A DNA stretch of 64,000 nt, from assembly GCF_009914755.1 (NCBI RefSeq), contig NC_060933.1, one strand, 5' to 3'. The notes beneath the pieces were generated by a model. That model was not told the DNA's origin and did no database searches. It saw nothing but the letters and a program-made list of their open reading frames with translations. A program made the translations under genes and the position numbers. Position 1 is the first letter of the stretch; each line of letters opens with the position of its first letter. The DNA is from the human T2T-CHM13v2.0 reference genome, Homo sapiens. Of the stretch, positions 24,476 to 39,964 are shown one piece after another.

Positions 24476-26544
24476 CTATTTTTTTGAGACTTGATATGAG
24501 TGTGACATTTTTGAGCCATAGGCAGCACCAATTTACCCTAAAGCATGTTTCACTAATACATATGAAACTTTGGTTCTATATAGTTTAAACTTGAAGACTC
24601 AAAGCAGGAATATATTATAGAAAAACCAAGCAGAAACATGGAAATAATTTTATGTTTGAAAAGAGTTTGGTTCATTTTCTGGGAAAAAAATAGGCATATT
24701 CACCACCTAAATAACAAGACATAGTATATGTGGCTGAGTTAGTCACAGACTTTCCATTTCTAAAACTCAGCAGGTCTTACAGTTAAATAAGATAAGGATA
24801 TAAAAAATATTGGGACAATGAAATTGACTCACTTTCAAGGTATCTATTAATTAGCTTAATTTGTGATTTATATGTATGCCACGGTGAGCAATGAATCCAT
24901 GAAAATAGAGATGAAGATGTAGTAGAGCTTTTGAAAATGAAAATAAACATGATATTAGAGTGAAAAGCATCTATAAGCTGCAAGGACAGTTTGGTTCAAT
25001 CTATCAAAAAATATAAAGGAACACTCTACAATCATTTCATGCTGTGTTAGATATGTAAGAAATGATATCTGAGTTTGACAAATGGTTTGTAACATGTCTG
25101 AGAATTTTAGAAATATTCTCATAGCTATACGATAGATAATCAACAAAGAAAGTTCTTATCATCTAAGAATTTAGAACAGTCTGCCTATAATCATGTTAAC
25201 AATAGGCTTGAGCACACTAAAAATGGTACATCTTCGGCTTTCATAAACTAATCTCTGAAATATTTCCTATTTTCCTACTCAGTTTTTTCATAGAATCTGG
25301 CAATGTGTTTACCAAGGATAGAAGCAGGGAAACAGGAAGAGAATTAGACTCAGTAAGCAATTCAGTCGCTACAATGAAATAACTTTTTATTTATTTATTT
25401 ATATTTATTTATTTTTAACCCCACCTCCAGGGCTAGGGAGAAGCTAATGCAGTGACTTTTAAAAGCCGCCAGCTTAGCATAATGTTTCCTGGATGAATCA
25501 TCAGTATTTAAAATAATTTGAAATAATGCAGCAATTAATAGAAAACACAAAAATCTATGTTCATCAAGATACGAAATGATACAAGACTCTTGATAGGGAT
25601 CCAAACAGGATTCCTGATCAGCAACGAAATGCCTGTAAGCACATACTAGCTTCTGTTTTCTCTTTGGCGTAATTAAAGTTGACTTGGTACAGGGAAGAGA
25701 ACAATGCCAACTTGATGAATAGAATACTATGCATCTAAAACATATTCGTATTCGATTTTCAGTCTTTGAGAAAAACTGTCTTTGGTTGATAAAATTCTTA
25801 ATGTTAACATTTTGCCAAAGAGACTGACTTCTAGAAATGAACATGATGATTTATATGGAGGAGGGAAGGAAATTGGAGAAAATTAGGAAATGCAAACACA
25901 CCTGGAACTGAGCAAACAAAAGATCAGTGGAAAGTGAAATGCAAAATTTCTACTAGAAAATTAATATCAGATAAGTTCAATTATTTGTCACCAAGTTCCA
26001 TATAAATTAAATTTTGATTTTTCGTGTAATATTTTTGAACAAGTCTCAAAGTTTTAGGTCGAAGTGGGTGACTTAAAAGTGATGCTAGGGAGCTAGAAAT
26101 TGGGTGAAATTGATATGATTCTAGTATGTCTTATAAGACTTTCATGTATGAATTTATACATTAGAAAAAATAAGCGATTATTTGACTTTCAAAAGGATAT
26201 TTTATTTTACAATGTCAGTTTATTTTAAAGGTGCATTATGTCTAACTTTAGAAAACATAGTCTGATTTAGGTTACTTTAAGTAGGAGATTGTCTTATAGA
26301 TTCAAGCACACTCACAGCACCACTCAACTCCATACTCTCCCAAGGGATCATCGTGGATGAACAACTTGGCAATTAGTGAAGAGTGCCAGAGAACGACAGA
26401 GGTTTTGCTTTTGACTCTAATCCCTCATTCCTTTTTTCCCTTATTCCTCCCACAGTCATTTAAGAACACTGGAGTTTGTTTCTCCTCCCAAGAAATGCAA
26501 TTCAGAGGCTAGAGGTCTACAGGTTCCAACACAGAAAATCATTT

Positions 26545-27230
26545 CTTTTTTCTTATTATAAAAGCAATGCATACTTATCATTAAAAATTATAGAAAGTTT
26601 AGAAAAAGATCAATGAAAAATAATTCCCCAAACCTCAAGTCCTACTCAAAGACACTACTGAGACTACTGAGGATATTTTGGTATGCTTCCTTTTGCATGT
26701 CCCAGGGAGAGTATACAGTCATGGGTTCTTAGCTCCTGTTTCTGGTTGGGCCAGTAAAGCCCCCTTCCTCATCCCTCTTTTCCTCTTATCACTAGAGACA
26801 GAAACTAAAATCCATGGCTTTAGGCTGCTAAAAGTCTAAAACAAAACAAAACAGAACAACAAAAACAAAATAAGGTGGGTTGGACACGCTTGCGGGGCTT
26901 TCTTTTTTCCCCCCTGCCATAGGCAGAGTTTGTGGGGGGAAGGGGAGAGCATATTTGTGAAATACTAGTTTGTAGTCTCATTTTATTCTCCATTAACATT
27001 ATCACCAAGCACTTTTCTGTATTCTTGGGAATTCTTCAAAACATAATTTTTAATGTTTGCAGAGTATTTTGTCCAATAGATGTGTTGTAGTTCACTTAAT
27101 ACCCCCATTGCTGGACACTTACAAAGTTTCTAAGTGTTTCATATAAATAATAGTGTGATGAACATCTTTATGTATGAGTCCTGTTCTATATTTAGCATTT
27201 AGTTTTAAAAATAACCCCTAGAAGTTTGGG
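26545..27230 (-). mobile_element. L1ME-like 3' end, interrupted by MER107
   Basis: ttataaaagcaatgcatacttatc; cccccattgctggacactta…gtgatgaacatcttt. Confidence 0.6.
26693..26892 (-). mobile_element. MER107 (hAT-Charlie MITE)
   Basis: gggagagtatacagtcatgggttcttag…tctggttgggccagtaaagcccc…atcactagagacagaaactaaaa…ggttggacacgcttg. Confidence 0.8.
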
Positions 27231-29235
27231 GCTTTTGTCATAAATTGCCTCGTAGCTAGAAATGAGTATTTTAGCAAATAAAAGCAAGTTACAGTAAAAG
27301 GAAGCTTGTGTTGTCCTTGAACCAGATTTGCTGTGATGGCACTCCAGTCCCATTGATGAAAGTCCTAGGGAGAGGTGATTGCTCTAAAATGGCACTGCAA
27401 AACACAAGCATGTGCATATGTTGAGAATGTAGCCTTTATACTTCGAGGCGGAGGAGCCATGCGCAGAATCAGCTCTTATTCCTCTCTATTTGCACTACTA
27501 CCAACTGCCAGAATGAGTTTAAGCTCTCGCTTCTTGCAAAAGGGGTCCTGAAAAAACATATTGACTTTGTCACTCTCTCCTATTTTCACTTTCCTGATTT
27601 TTGCTTTAGCACTTTGAATGCTGCATATGGCTTATGCAGTGCAGTGCTGGCTTATATTACTGGAGGAGCAAATGAAATCATTCAGTGAACATGAGGTTTG
27701 GGGTTTTTTAAAGCACATATGACATATCACAGTGAGAAAATTTTAAAATATGGGTCAGTCACTCAACCAAGCCTCCCTGGACCTATGATTGACATATCTT
27801 TCATCCTTGAGAGAGCAGTCTTTGATCCTAAGGTGACATGTCAGGAGGACAGGAGAAAGCAGCTCTGCTGATTTTGTGATGAGGGCAAAAAATGGAAACA
27901 AGTGAAAATTCTTCATCTAGTAATTCTACAGGAAAAGTTCATTGAGGTTCTCTAGGGGGTTGGAACTAGATGACAACGTGTCGTCTACTCTTCCCTGCTT
28001 TCAATCCTTTTCCTGGCAATTGATGTTACCTCTTTCATTGATCATAAAACTGTGTAATGTACCTCACTAGAGGCTAATGTGACAGATGCCACAGGTCCAG
28101 CAATAATATTTCCAGAAGCTTCTTTATATATCTCATGGCCTTGGCTAGCAGAATTCAGAATATTTGTTACCTTCCATCTTGTCAGCCAACCAGATGGTTG
28201 AAAAAATTAGTAGACATCCCTCTGAGAAGGAACACCCAGAACCAGAGACAGTTCTTCTAGGCCAACACCATATGGATTTCTTATGGGGTTGTAAACATTT
28301 TTAGCGCTTTTTTTTTGACATTTTGTCATATTTTTTTATCATTACAAGATGGAACTATATTTTCTGTACTTCCCTTTCATGTTTGTCAGGACATCAAATA
28401 CTTCTGCAGCCTGAGCCCTTTTTTAAGAAACTATCACCAGGCAAGAGAGTGTCATGAAGGTATCATAAAGTGCTATAGACAGACAAGTTTTCTTGCCTCC
28501 CTACTCAAACTAGTCCAGTTCCCCTGGTGACAATCTTGACACATTCCAGTTGGTAGACCAGATGCCCTTGGTTTACCTCTCTGGGGACCTGCCCACCAGG
28601 AGGTCATACCACTTGTTACTGGGCCAATCTTACCCTTATCTAACTTGGGTGGGGCAACCCTGAATCAGAACCAGCGAAAGGGACCTTTGAGGGTACAAAA
28701 AATAGCAGTTTGGATTTTCTGATTACTTTAGGAAAAGATACATTTTACTTCTTCTTCCCTTCCTGCTTAACTATGAAGAACACTAGAGACCAACATCCTA
28801 ATGGCAGGGTGTATAAGCTCGCTGAGGCTGAGGGATCTGCCTTCTTGCCCCTTTGGCACCTTGCCTGGTGGAGCAGTGGGAGAGAGCTGCTCAAATAACA
28901 CTCACTTTAGAGACTCTGAGAGACTCTGCCATGGAGGTCAGGGGAAATGTTTTGGAAGAAAACATCCATTTCAGCCTGTGTCACTGGTCACTGCCTTTAG
29001 TTTCCTGGGTTTTCTTTGTGAGACTGACCGTATGAGGTCCTTTTAGTATGACAGATGTCCTGTGTTGAAAGGATCTTGGCCTAATCACGTCCCTTTTCTA
29101 AACCTTGGTTTTACCATCTGCAAAAAAAATAAGTTTGACTAGGTGGTGACTGGAGATCTTTTAAGCTCTAGAAGCCATAGATTTTCTTTCCTCAGGCTCA
29201 GAATGGTAGAAAATCAGCATTAGGGCATCTAATAG

Positions 29236-29607
<372 letters not shown>

Positions 29608-29999
29608 ATTTGCTGTTTTAGGGAATCTGTTCATTAGCTTAGGGCAAATTATCATTTTAAAAATGTTGTTCATATGTTTTTCGGCTGGACCATGGCACCA
29701 TGATCTCTATTCTACACCACAAATACCACACTGTTGATGCTTAGCCAGTTAGACTCACCCAGTTCTTATGCCTACAAAGTAAGTTAAGTGTCACATGACA
29801 ACCCTCCCCCTATTCGGGAAAACCCGTTATTCCTAGGCTGATAATATCCCATCAATGCCCATGACCCAGAGCAATGCTCAAGCCTTTTACTGCAGACACT
29901 GGCACTTTCTTGGCCTAGCTCCTGGGTTATCATTTTCCACAGCTCCCATGCCCCTCACAACAACTGGATGTATTTTATACTCTGGCTCAGAGAGGACAG

Positions 30000-30240
30000 A
30001 TTGTGTACGGACCATGGACTTTTGAATCATACAGATGCAAAACTGAATCTTGCCAGTTAGTAGCAGTATAACCTTAGGCCATCTACTGCACCTCTCTGAG
30101 CTTTGGGGTTTCTTCCTCAAATAAGTGAAATAAGGATGACTCTATCTCAGGATTATTGCAAATCTTTGTGTGGGATCATCTTTTTAAGTCACACAGCACA
30201 ATTTCTAGTAGCTAGCATGGGCTCAGTAACTGCTAATTCC
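30000..30240 (+). mobile_element. MIR SINE
   Basis: ggacttttgaatcatacag…accttaggc…cctctctgagc…cagcacaatttctag. Confidence 0.65.
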
Positions 30241-30509
30241 CTTTCCATTGCTGTCCCTGGCGTGTTTCCTGGTAATGCTCTCTCTCCCTTTGTGGCAGCT
30301 TTGCCCAGTCTGTTCTCTCTGCTGGTCTGTCTTGTCCCTGAAGCTCTGTCTGGCTATCTGTTCCTTGTGCTCTGAGGCACAGTTATCTTCTGCAAGCTTA
30401 TCTTGGTGCTAATTACGCCTTGCCTGGGTTAGACACCTAGCCTCCGTGCTGCCTCTGAACTATGTGAATATGCCTCTATCACAGCACAAACGATACCAAC
30501 ATTGGTGAC

Positions 30510-30750
30510 AACATTACTAATGGTCACTTATTGTGTACTTACAACGTGCTAAACACTGGGCAAGCACTTCACAAACATGACTTCATCCAATCCCACAAAA
30601 GTATACTCCTTAGTTACTGTTACTCTTCCCATTTCTCAGCTGATGACCTTGACGCCGGAGAGGTTAGATACCACATGGAGAACCATGCAGGCGGAAAGGC
30701 TGAGATACACTCGAGCCCAGACAGCCTGGCTTGAAGGCTCATTCTCCTAC
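30510..30750 (-). mobile_element. MIR SINE
   Basis: cactttattgtgtacttacaacgtgct…cccatttctcagctgat…gagaggttaga. Confidence 0.7.
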
Positions 30751-32761
30751 TGCTTATCTGCATCCTTTAATGGCCTTTGATTTCTTGGAGGGCAAGGGAA
30801 AGAACTTGCTCAAGGGCAGGTACAGCTACTAAGAGACCAGACAGAGACTCACGTACAAGCAAATTGACTCCAGACACTGCTTGCTTCAAAACTCTGCTGT
30901 TACTTGGACAATCAGCTTGAAGAAGGGGCAAGGATCTTCCCCTCCGTTCTATTCTATCTCTACATCCTCTTAACCCAGTAGTATGGCTGGCGCATTTTGG
31001 GCACCCAATGAATGTTTGTGGAATAATTCCTCCAATCTCAGTCCAAGTCTAGCCTGTACTTTTTAGATGGGGAATATATCCAATACTGACCACTCCCGAT
31101 TAGGTTCAGGTTAGTCATGGAAGGAGTATTAGTTGCCCAATGTCTGGGCTGTGGTGCCAGTATGTTTCTGCATTATTTCCCATCCGGAGACCGATCAGGT
31201 TTCCTCCTAATACACATCCTCAGTCTTACCAGTAAAGGCCAAACAGGCTCAGTGCTGTCCTGGGACACTCAGATCTTAAAGAGTTAGGACTCACTTTGCT
31301 TGTAGCCTTGTAGGATAATCATAGGCAAAAGAGATACTATCATTTGGTCAGGAACATTCCCATGTGCTCATAAGAGCCAATATTAAAATAAATTCATGGC
31401 CTGAGACAGGGTAAAGAAAGAAAAGTTTCTGGGCTGCTCTGTGGATGTGTGCGCAAACCCGTGTTTGAAGGACACGCAGGGCCAATGCCAGGACATTCTG
31501 GAGTTTGTGCTTGACCCAAGATAATCCTAAATTTTGTTTAATATATCTGAAAGCATTTGTAAACAGATACGAGATTATATTTTAACATGATGATTATTGT
31601 CATAAACAATGACAAATAAAGAAGAAAATCACAAAGGTCATTTATCAGAAATCAAATCCCCCCAGACCCTTCTCTGCCTGTAAGTCTACCTGCCTGCCAG
31701 GTGCTGGGCGCTGTTCTTCTTTCCTTGCTCCTGTGTGTCTGTCCTCAGTCCCACGGGCAGAGAAAATCCCTTGTTTATTTACACCATGCAGGGCCTGGAG
31801 AAGCTGCTTTTTTTCTGTTCCTTTTTTCAGTTTTCAATTTCAATTTGTGCTTTCCTCATGGCATTTTTCTAGGGCCACTCGAGAAGAAGAAGCAAAGCAG
31901 CATCCTTTGTCTTATGACAAGAATGGAAATACAAAGGGAAACAAAAAGCAGCCCCAGTAGGTTTACCCTGCAAACCAGCTTGACAAATTAAAACTAAAGC
32001 TGGTGGGAGAATGCAAGTCCTCACGTAAAACTGCATTTTCTGATCTGACAATGGAAAAACATGACTTTTCTTTTTAATGGTAAAAGGGACTATTAGCCTA
32101 AGGCCCTGTCATATTATCCCCATCTACAATGAACCTTATTTTGAAAAGTGTTCTATTATTTCAAGCTCAGATGGAATTCAATCAAAGAAAAAACATTTCT
32201 GTTTATCAGCTTTATTATCACTTTGGGTTCCTAAACCCAAGTAATCTCTCTCTCTTCCTTGAGCCAATATGGACATAGAAACATACATACATTCTATCAC
32301 TGAATAGTTGAGTTTATTCTCATTATTATTATGCCCATTGCACAAGTCATAGTTGCTAACTACTCCAGGGTCAAAACTCTGCATAAAAATTATAGGCTAC
32401 GATTTTCAGACTATTAACTTTTTTTTTAGAATGACTGTTTAGGAGTGACAGCTTTTCTCCCAAGAGGAGTAATTCTTTCCTCTCTGTTTCTCTTAAGATT
32501 GTTTTTACTGTTGCATGTCACATGTAAAAAATTAAGTGGACCTCTCTGACTACTTGTGAGGAAGTTTCAAGAAGAGTAATTATCAGTATAATTGTCATTA
32601 TCAGTAGTTAATACCACTAATGGTATATGGTTCTCCAGCAAATTCTTTTGTCTCCTCCTTTACATTAAATCCACAATTTAGCCACTTCTCACCATTCCAG
32701 GTCTGGGCTACTATCCTCTCTCCTAGGTTACCGCTATAGCCCCATTAAGAAGTTTCCTTGT

Positions 32762-33056
<295 letters not shown>

Positions 33057-33124
33057 GAATTTTTCTTGCTTATATCCTTGCCCCTTCTTCAAGCCGATTC
33101 TCCATGTAACAGCAGAGTTTTGGA

Positions 33125-33360
33125 GCAAGCAGCCTCTGGAGTCAATTTGCTTGTATGTGAGTTTCCGTCCTGTCTCTTACTAGCTGTGTCTGCCCTTGAA
33201 CAAGTTCTTTGCCACCTCTAAACTTCAAGTTCCTTATCTGAAAAGTGGGAGTAATTATACTTCCCATTGGAATTGTTTTCTGTTGAAAGTTAAGTGAGAT
33301 AATGTACACTAAGTACTTAGCATATAGCCCTGAGACACGCATGCTAACATTATTATTACT
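33125..33360 (+). mobile_element. MIR SINE
   Basis: cttactagctgtgt…aagttccttatctgaaaagtgggagtaat…gttaagtgagataatgtac. Confidence 0.8.
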
Positions 33361-33438
33361 GAATTATACAGTAAAAGCGGGTGAGTTTTAATTTGACACT
33401 AGGTCTGCAGCAAGAGAAAGTATAGGTGTTAAACATAG

Positions 33439-33847
33439 TGATATGGTTTGGATCAGTGTCCCCACCCAAATCTCATGTTCAATTGTAATCCCCGGTGTTG
33501 GAGGTGGGCCTGGTGGGAGGTGATTGGATCGTGGGGGCAGAGTTCTCATGAATGGTTTAGCACCATCCCCCCTTGGTACTGTATAGTGAGTGAGTTCTCA
33601 TGAGATCTTTTGTTTAAAAGTGTGTGGCACTGCCCCCTTCTCTCTCGGTTCTGCTCCTTCCATGTAAGACTCCTTCTCCCACTTTGTCTTCTGCCATGAG
33701 TAAAAGCTCCCTGAGGCCTCCCCAGAAGCAGATGCTGATATGCTTCCTGTACAGCCTGTGGAACCATGAGCCAATTAAACCTCTGTTCTTTATAAATTAC
33801 CCAGTCTCAGGTATTTCTTTAAAGCAATGCAAGAACGAACTAATACA
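33439..33847 (+). mobile_element. MSTA-like MaLR solo LTR, complete
   Basis: tgatatggtttggatc…cccacccaaatctcatg…aattaaacctct…aactaataca; 5-bp TSD catag/cacag. Confidence 0.92.
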
Positions 33848-34723
33848 CACAGAAAACACACATCCTCAGCAAAATGATATAATTTGTTTTGTTTCTTTCT
33901 CACAGTTAAGGCCTTGTTAAATGACAAGTAGTCTATGTAAATCCCCATGTATATTCAGCCTCTATCATTAGCAGCCTAAAAACTGCTTTTGGGGAGAAAT
34001 AGAGATTCAAATATCACCAAAATCAAGAAGCTGTGATAAAAGTGACAAGAAAATTTTTTCTAGGAAAGAATTTAAGGGCTAAGGAGACAAAGGTCATTTC
34101 TGGCTGGGATGACACAGTAAGACGTCATGGAGAAGATGAGGATTTGGCCTGGACTTTGTGGACTATATTAATTTCAATAGCAAAGTTTGGTGGTGGGGAG
34201 GTGCAGGAAGAAGAAAATGGTAAGAGAAAATAAGAGAAAAGTGAACATTAAAATCAGAGTGTGCAAATAGTCAATTTGCTGGAGGGTTGGGTAAAGAAAA
34301 GGCAACTTATAAAAAATCAAGCTAGAAAGCAAGTCTGGGACAAGCTACGGATGATCTTCAATGATTCACTAAACACTAGGCCTTGAGCCAGGCACTTTAT
34401 ATACATTACCTGGTTTAATCCTCACACCAATCCTGTGAGGCTCAGAGATTGAAGTAGTTACTCAAGATCACTAAGCTGATAAGTGACAGAATCAAGATTT
34501 GACCTCAGATCTGGAGCCTCTCTAGACTTTCTTGTTAAAGTAAAACACTGTTAGAGGTAACTAAATCTTGGAGTGAGGATTGGAGGTGGGGCCCAGCTTC
34601 AGGGAAGCTGCACCAGGCTTGAGATGAGATAATAAGGGCCTGGAATAGGGGTGGAGTGTGGTTGTGATGCAGGGGCAAAGCCGTGTGTGAGGGACTTCTA
34701 AGAAGAATCATAAGGCATGTTGA

Positions 34724-35115
<392 letters not shown>

Positions 35116-37874
35116 AAGGGCTGCTCTTAACAGAAACAGGAAAGCCAGGATGATTTGGGGGAAAGTGACAGGTTTATCAAGAGCTTCCATCCTTTTTGAC
35201 TCAAAGGTTGAGTATAAGCCCAGGGCAGGACCCTGGAAGATGGTGGAGGCCGGGATAGGGGGGCGATGAATCAGACAAAGTTCTACTCTGCAGTGGAATC
35301 AGAATTAGAGTCTCTACTGCCCCCCTGCCCTGGAAACCTTGCTTTTGTTCTGGTTAGCAAAAAGACTGTGCTCTTTGTTAAAATGCTTTTGAACAGAGCT
35401 ATATCGCAGCCTGGAGGAGATTCTAAATAGTGAGAAAAGAAACGGATTTGGCAAAACTTATAGGCTGTCAACAGCTTTTTAGACGATAACTGCCATAGAA
35501 CAATGTGTGTGTATACCAGATGAAAAAAATAGAAACTTTCATCAGATTGATCTCTTTGGAGAGTGAAACTGGAGAGAAGTTTTATCCACATCCACTTGCC
35601 TATCATAGCAATAAGGAACTATGTAGACGTGCACACATGTATGTACATACAATGGTTTTGTGAATCACATGACTGGGCAATGTTAAACGTGCTAAATATG
35701 CTAAACGTTGTCCCAGAAAGCAACTCTGGTATGATTTTACTGTAGAGGGCAGGTTGTCCATTTCCCCAGCAATGACTTTTCCACAAAGAACACTTGGAAA
35801 AATGTTCAAATCACATTTACCACTTCAGTCAGATGCTGGCATTTTTTTTCACATCTCCCCATTATAATGATTGTAGTTCTAGAATGATGCCTATTTTATG
35901 TAGAAATATTGAAGAATGAAGTGCTCTATAAATTTTCTAGTCAAGTATGGGTTATCCATTAATGCCAAATAAAAACAAGTGAATTCTCTTGGATGAAAAC
36001 GTTTCTAAAAAGGAATAGACACATCTATCTTCCTAGACAACATTAAGTAGGATGAAAATCCATTATTATCTTTTGTTGTGACTTAGCGATGTTCTCATTG
36101 ACTGTCAGGGACGATAGGCTATTTGGGCCTCTCTCAATGGCCCCGGACTGCTCACAGGGAGAGTTCACGTGTCTGCTATTTATAGTTTTCTGTCTCAATG
36201 GTGTGACTAACTGTCCTCACCACTCTCACTGACTGTGCCTCCCTGATTTCTAATTGCATTGGGCAGGAGCACCCGATCAAAACCAAGCACAGAAGCGGTG
36301 GTTTCTGTGGCATTTAATGCCTGTGACTGTGGGGAATTTAGTGATTGTCTCATATCAATGTCAGGCTTCAAATTAGTCTTTTTTTCCTTTAATTTTCTTA
36401 TTTTCTGATTCTTGCATATATTCTGGGGTAGTTAAGGGATCTGTATTAGGGACCATTTGATAAATTAGGGATTGCCATATTCTTAGCAGGAACATTTTCT
36501 AATTATTTTTATTTGATCTCTTTCTGCTAATCTCTACTAGGAAGTTAAGAATTGAACATATCTAGATTCTTAAGGAGAACAGTTGCTAAGTGAAATAAAT
36601 ATAACTGCTTAAGGTAGGAATAGAAGTGAGCTCTTAACAGTAATGAAAGCAACTGCAGTGTCCACCGCTCCTCTAAGCATTGTACATGTGTGAGTCTACA
36701 TCTTCCCAGTGATGTTCAGTATTATCATTCTTATTCCAGTAGGGATAACACAGATTTAAAAAGGTAGACTATCTACTGAAAGTCACATGGCTAGAATTCC
36801 CATGCTGTGTAGTCTGTGGCAGGCCTCTCCACTCATTTGGATTTTGTGGAGGGACAGAAGGGGAATGAGTGAAAGCCTCAATGAGGTCAGAGGTAGTATT
36901 CCATATTAATTTCAATGGTCACTATTTTTGAGCAAGTAAAGAACCTACTGAGAGAACAACAGGTTGAGCAGCAACAGAGCCTGTGTGGTCATCAGAGAGG
37001 CCTGCTGGCCCTTGGGGCCACATTAAGCAGCTGCTTTGTCACTGGAGCCACACTTCCCCTTATTTTGTATAGTTCATTCCTCTACTCAATGGACCCTTGA
37101 AAGAAAAGCCCACTACCGGTGGGAAGAAAAGAACCATGACAGTTTGTCAACTTCCTCTTTGTTCTCTAAAGTACAGAATTCAATCTCCTCTTATTTCCTG
37201 GAAAACCATCAATTTACAGGACAGGGTAAAAAGAATCTTAGTTATAAAGAAAGAGCCAGGCCTACACTACAGACTTGAACTTGCTCTCTAATCCTTTGGC
37301 AAGAGCACCTACTGACTGGTCACATTATTCAAATGTATTTTATCACTGATCATCATCTCTTTTAAACTTTGCCTTTTCAGTAGAGAATTCTCTAAATGCC
37401 CACAAGTAGAACTAGCATGGAATAAAGCAAGCTGTTAAAGAAAGTCGAATTCCAAAAAGTTGGCTTGGTAAAATAGCATGAAAAGGTGTATATTTTTAGC
37501 TAGAAATTACAAACCTGCTGCATTTAAGTGAGGCAACAGTTGCACAAAGTACAACGTAATTATTTTCTGTCCCGTGCCTGTCTTTGAGTCTGTCACTTTG
37601 CTATTCACTTATGGACATCAGTGAGAGATGTTTCTTTCCTTTTTAACCTCTCCCTTGTCAGTCCATTGCAGGAAAGTACTCCTTAGCTTGAAAGTTATGT
37701 ACAGGTAGAGGCATACAAACATTCGAGAAACATTCAAATGCTTAGTCCCTGTCTCATACAAACCCTGCACTTCAGCTGGTTATGTTTTCTCCTTCTTTAT
37801 TTCTTCCCGCCCTTTCAAATGTATTAACGAAGAGCCTTTAAAGTGTCAGGCATTGTGTGAAGGCCTGGGGAGAC

Positions 37875-37898
37875 TGTGTGTGTGTGTGTGTGTGTGTG
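37875..37898. repeat. (TG)12 microsatellite
   Basis: Seen directly. Confidence 0.97.
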
Positions 37899-38670
37899 TT
37901 TGTATACACTGTGCCTGTCTTTAGGATCACTTGTGCCCTTTATCTCAAATTTTGGATGACTGGGTAGATACTGGGTAGATGAAATTTAATCATCCCTTTT
38001 TTACTAAACTTTAAGGACACCATGATTTTTTGTTTCTACACAGTAGAAACTATAGGTAGGTGAAGCTCAAAGTTTATAACCTCAAAAATTTCATTATTAC
38101 AGCAATTTTATTAGCTAAAAGAGCAAATATAATTTTTAGGTGATGAGTAAGATGTACCTAATAGAGACATTTTTGGAGCCATGGTTATTTCAAATAAAAA
38201 AATAGGATTTTTTAGTAGCTAAATTTAGCAGTGAGGACAATTACAAAATTAAGTACTACTCAATAGGTCCCTAAAATTCTGAATGAAAAGAAAATTCATG
38301 GGTTTATACCAGGTATAATAGACAATTCTAATTCCTTGAAAATAAATGAGGTTTCGTTTTTATTCACTCTTTAGAAAAGAAAAACCTAGCTTTTATTAGG
38401 CAGTAGGGTCTGTTTGAGAAAATACCATTTTAGTGGCTCTTCATAATTATGGTGTCAGTCTAAAAAGCAGCTAATGCCACGTTCTAGCCAAATATGAGAA
38501 CTCCATGGGCTTAAGGCTTGAGACAAGTAAGGCAGTCCCTAAAATAAATTGGGTAACTGGAAGAAGAATTCTTTTTCAGAAGGAGAAATATGTGAATGGT
38601 AAGCCCTATAATTGCTGAGGACATTAACTTATCAATTATCTCATCATCTTTTAAAAACATATATAATTAA

Positions 38671-38800
38671 TTTTTTAAAAAAGTAGAGATGGGGTGTCAC
38701 TATGTTGCTCAGGTTGGTTTTGAACTCCTGGGCTCAAGCGTTCTGCCCTCCTTGGCCTCCCAAAGTGCTGGGATTTCAGGTGAGAGCTGCCGCGCAGGCC
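38671..38800 (-). mobile_element. FLAM (free left Alu monomer)
   Basis: Single monomer tagagatggggtgtcactatgttgc…ctgggctcaagcg…gccgcgcaggcc. Confidence 0.85.
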
Positions 38801-39464
38801 CATCTCCTCCTCTTTAAACGAAAGGCTACCCAAAGCATAACTACCATGCTGCCAGGGACTGACAAGGAAAACAACCCACAGCCACAAGCATCCTGGATGC
38901 TTTGAAAGAGGGGCAGGCTTGGGGACATTTTCCAAGTTGCTTGGTGTTTAGAACCTATCCATCAGGCTAGTTCAGTTCCTCCAAAAATTCCCAGAGGTGA
39001 GAGGCAGTCAACAGCTTTGCTGGGCATGACAAGTTTCATTTCAAGGAGCCCAGCTTGTAATTTCAAGCAGACTGCTGTTGTAGGCCCAATCAACTCAGAG
39101 TTTCAATTGTTTTTCAAGCATTGCTTCATTGAACACACTCAGCAATCACAGAACCACCCGTGTCAACGTGGCAAGGACTGGGAAAGAACTCACAAGTCAC
39201 TTAACAGAAAAGCATATTTTAGCAGTTTTCTGAAACAATTGTCCTAAACATACCTTTTTACAGTGACTGATCCTAACTTTCTGATATGGACTTGGAAAAA
39301 AGACATTTCTGGAACTGGCATACAATCAGGGAGGAGCTGGTAATGTACAAATACTGCCTTGTGAAAGAATATTGGATGCTCTTGTTCTCACTCCTACTCC
39401 AAATTGTTATTGGGCTTTACCTATGGTTTCTAAAATCATCAGGTTTTAAGAAGTCATTTTACAT

Positions 39465-39551
39465 TTACATTCACACACACTTAAACACACATCAAATACA
39501 TTTATCACATATACACATTAAACACACACACAAACACACACACACACACAC
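39465..39551. repeat. Degenerate (CA)n tract
   Basis: Seen directly. Confidence 0.8.
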
Positions 39552-39964
39552 TGATGATAAAAATGGAATTTCCCGGAATAATCCCCGCTTCAAATATTCT
39601 CTCCAGTTTTTAGCTCACATCCAAGACCATCTATTTTAAATTTTTAGCTTCCAAAATATGGTCACTGAATCAAGATGATCCATATTATGACTCTAAGACT
39701 GAAATTCAGATTTTGATTCAACAGATATTTTCTTAACACTTTCTTCAGATGTGGGGATGATATTTCAATGCAATATCTTATGAAATCAGAGGATCTTTAT
39801 TACATGGAATATAGCATATTTTGTCCTTGATTTTCCTCAGTAACATATAATGGACCTATTGCGATACTCTTGAATGAAACAGACAATGCATAGAAGCTTT
39901 TAGAAAAATGGATTTCTGTAAAAATAAAAAATAAACATCATATGTTGAAACTTATGTTTCAACA

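Noticed and set aside
25395-25844. 149-aa minus-strand ORF as a protein-coding gene
   Set aside because: No recognisable domain, composition typical of AT-rich non-coding DNA, no supporting gene structure; kept only as part of a low-confidence finding.
37959-37980. 11-bp tandem duplication actgggtagat (similar ones near 4345, 26655, 28905)
   Set aside because: Ordinary replication-slippage duplications at background frequency.
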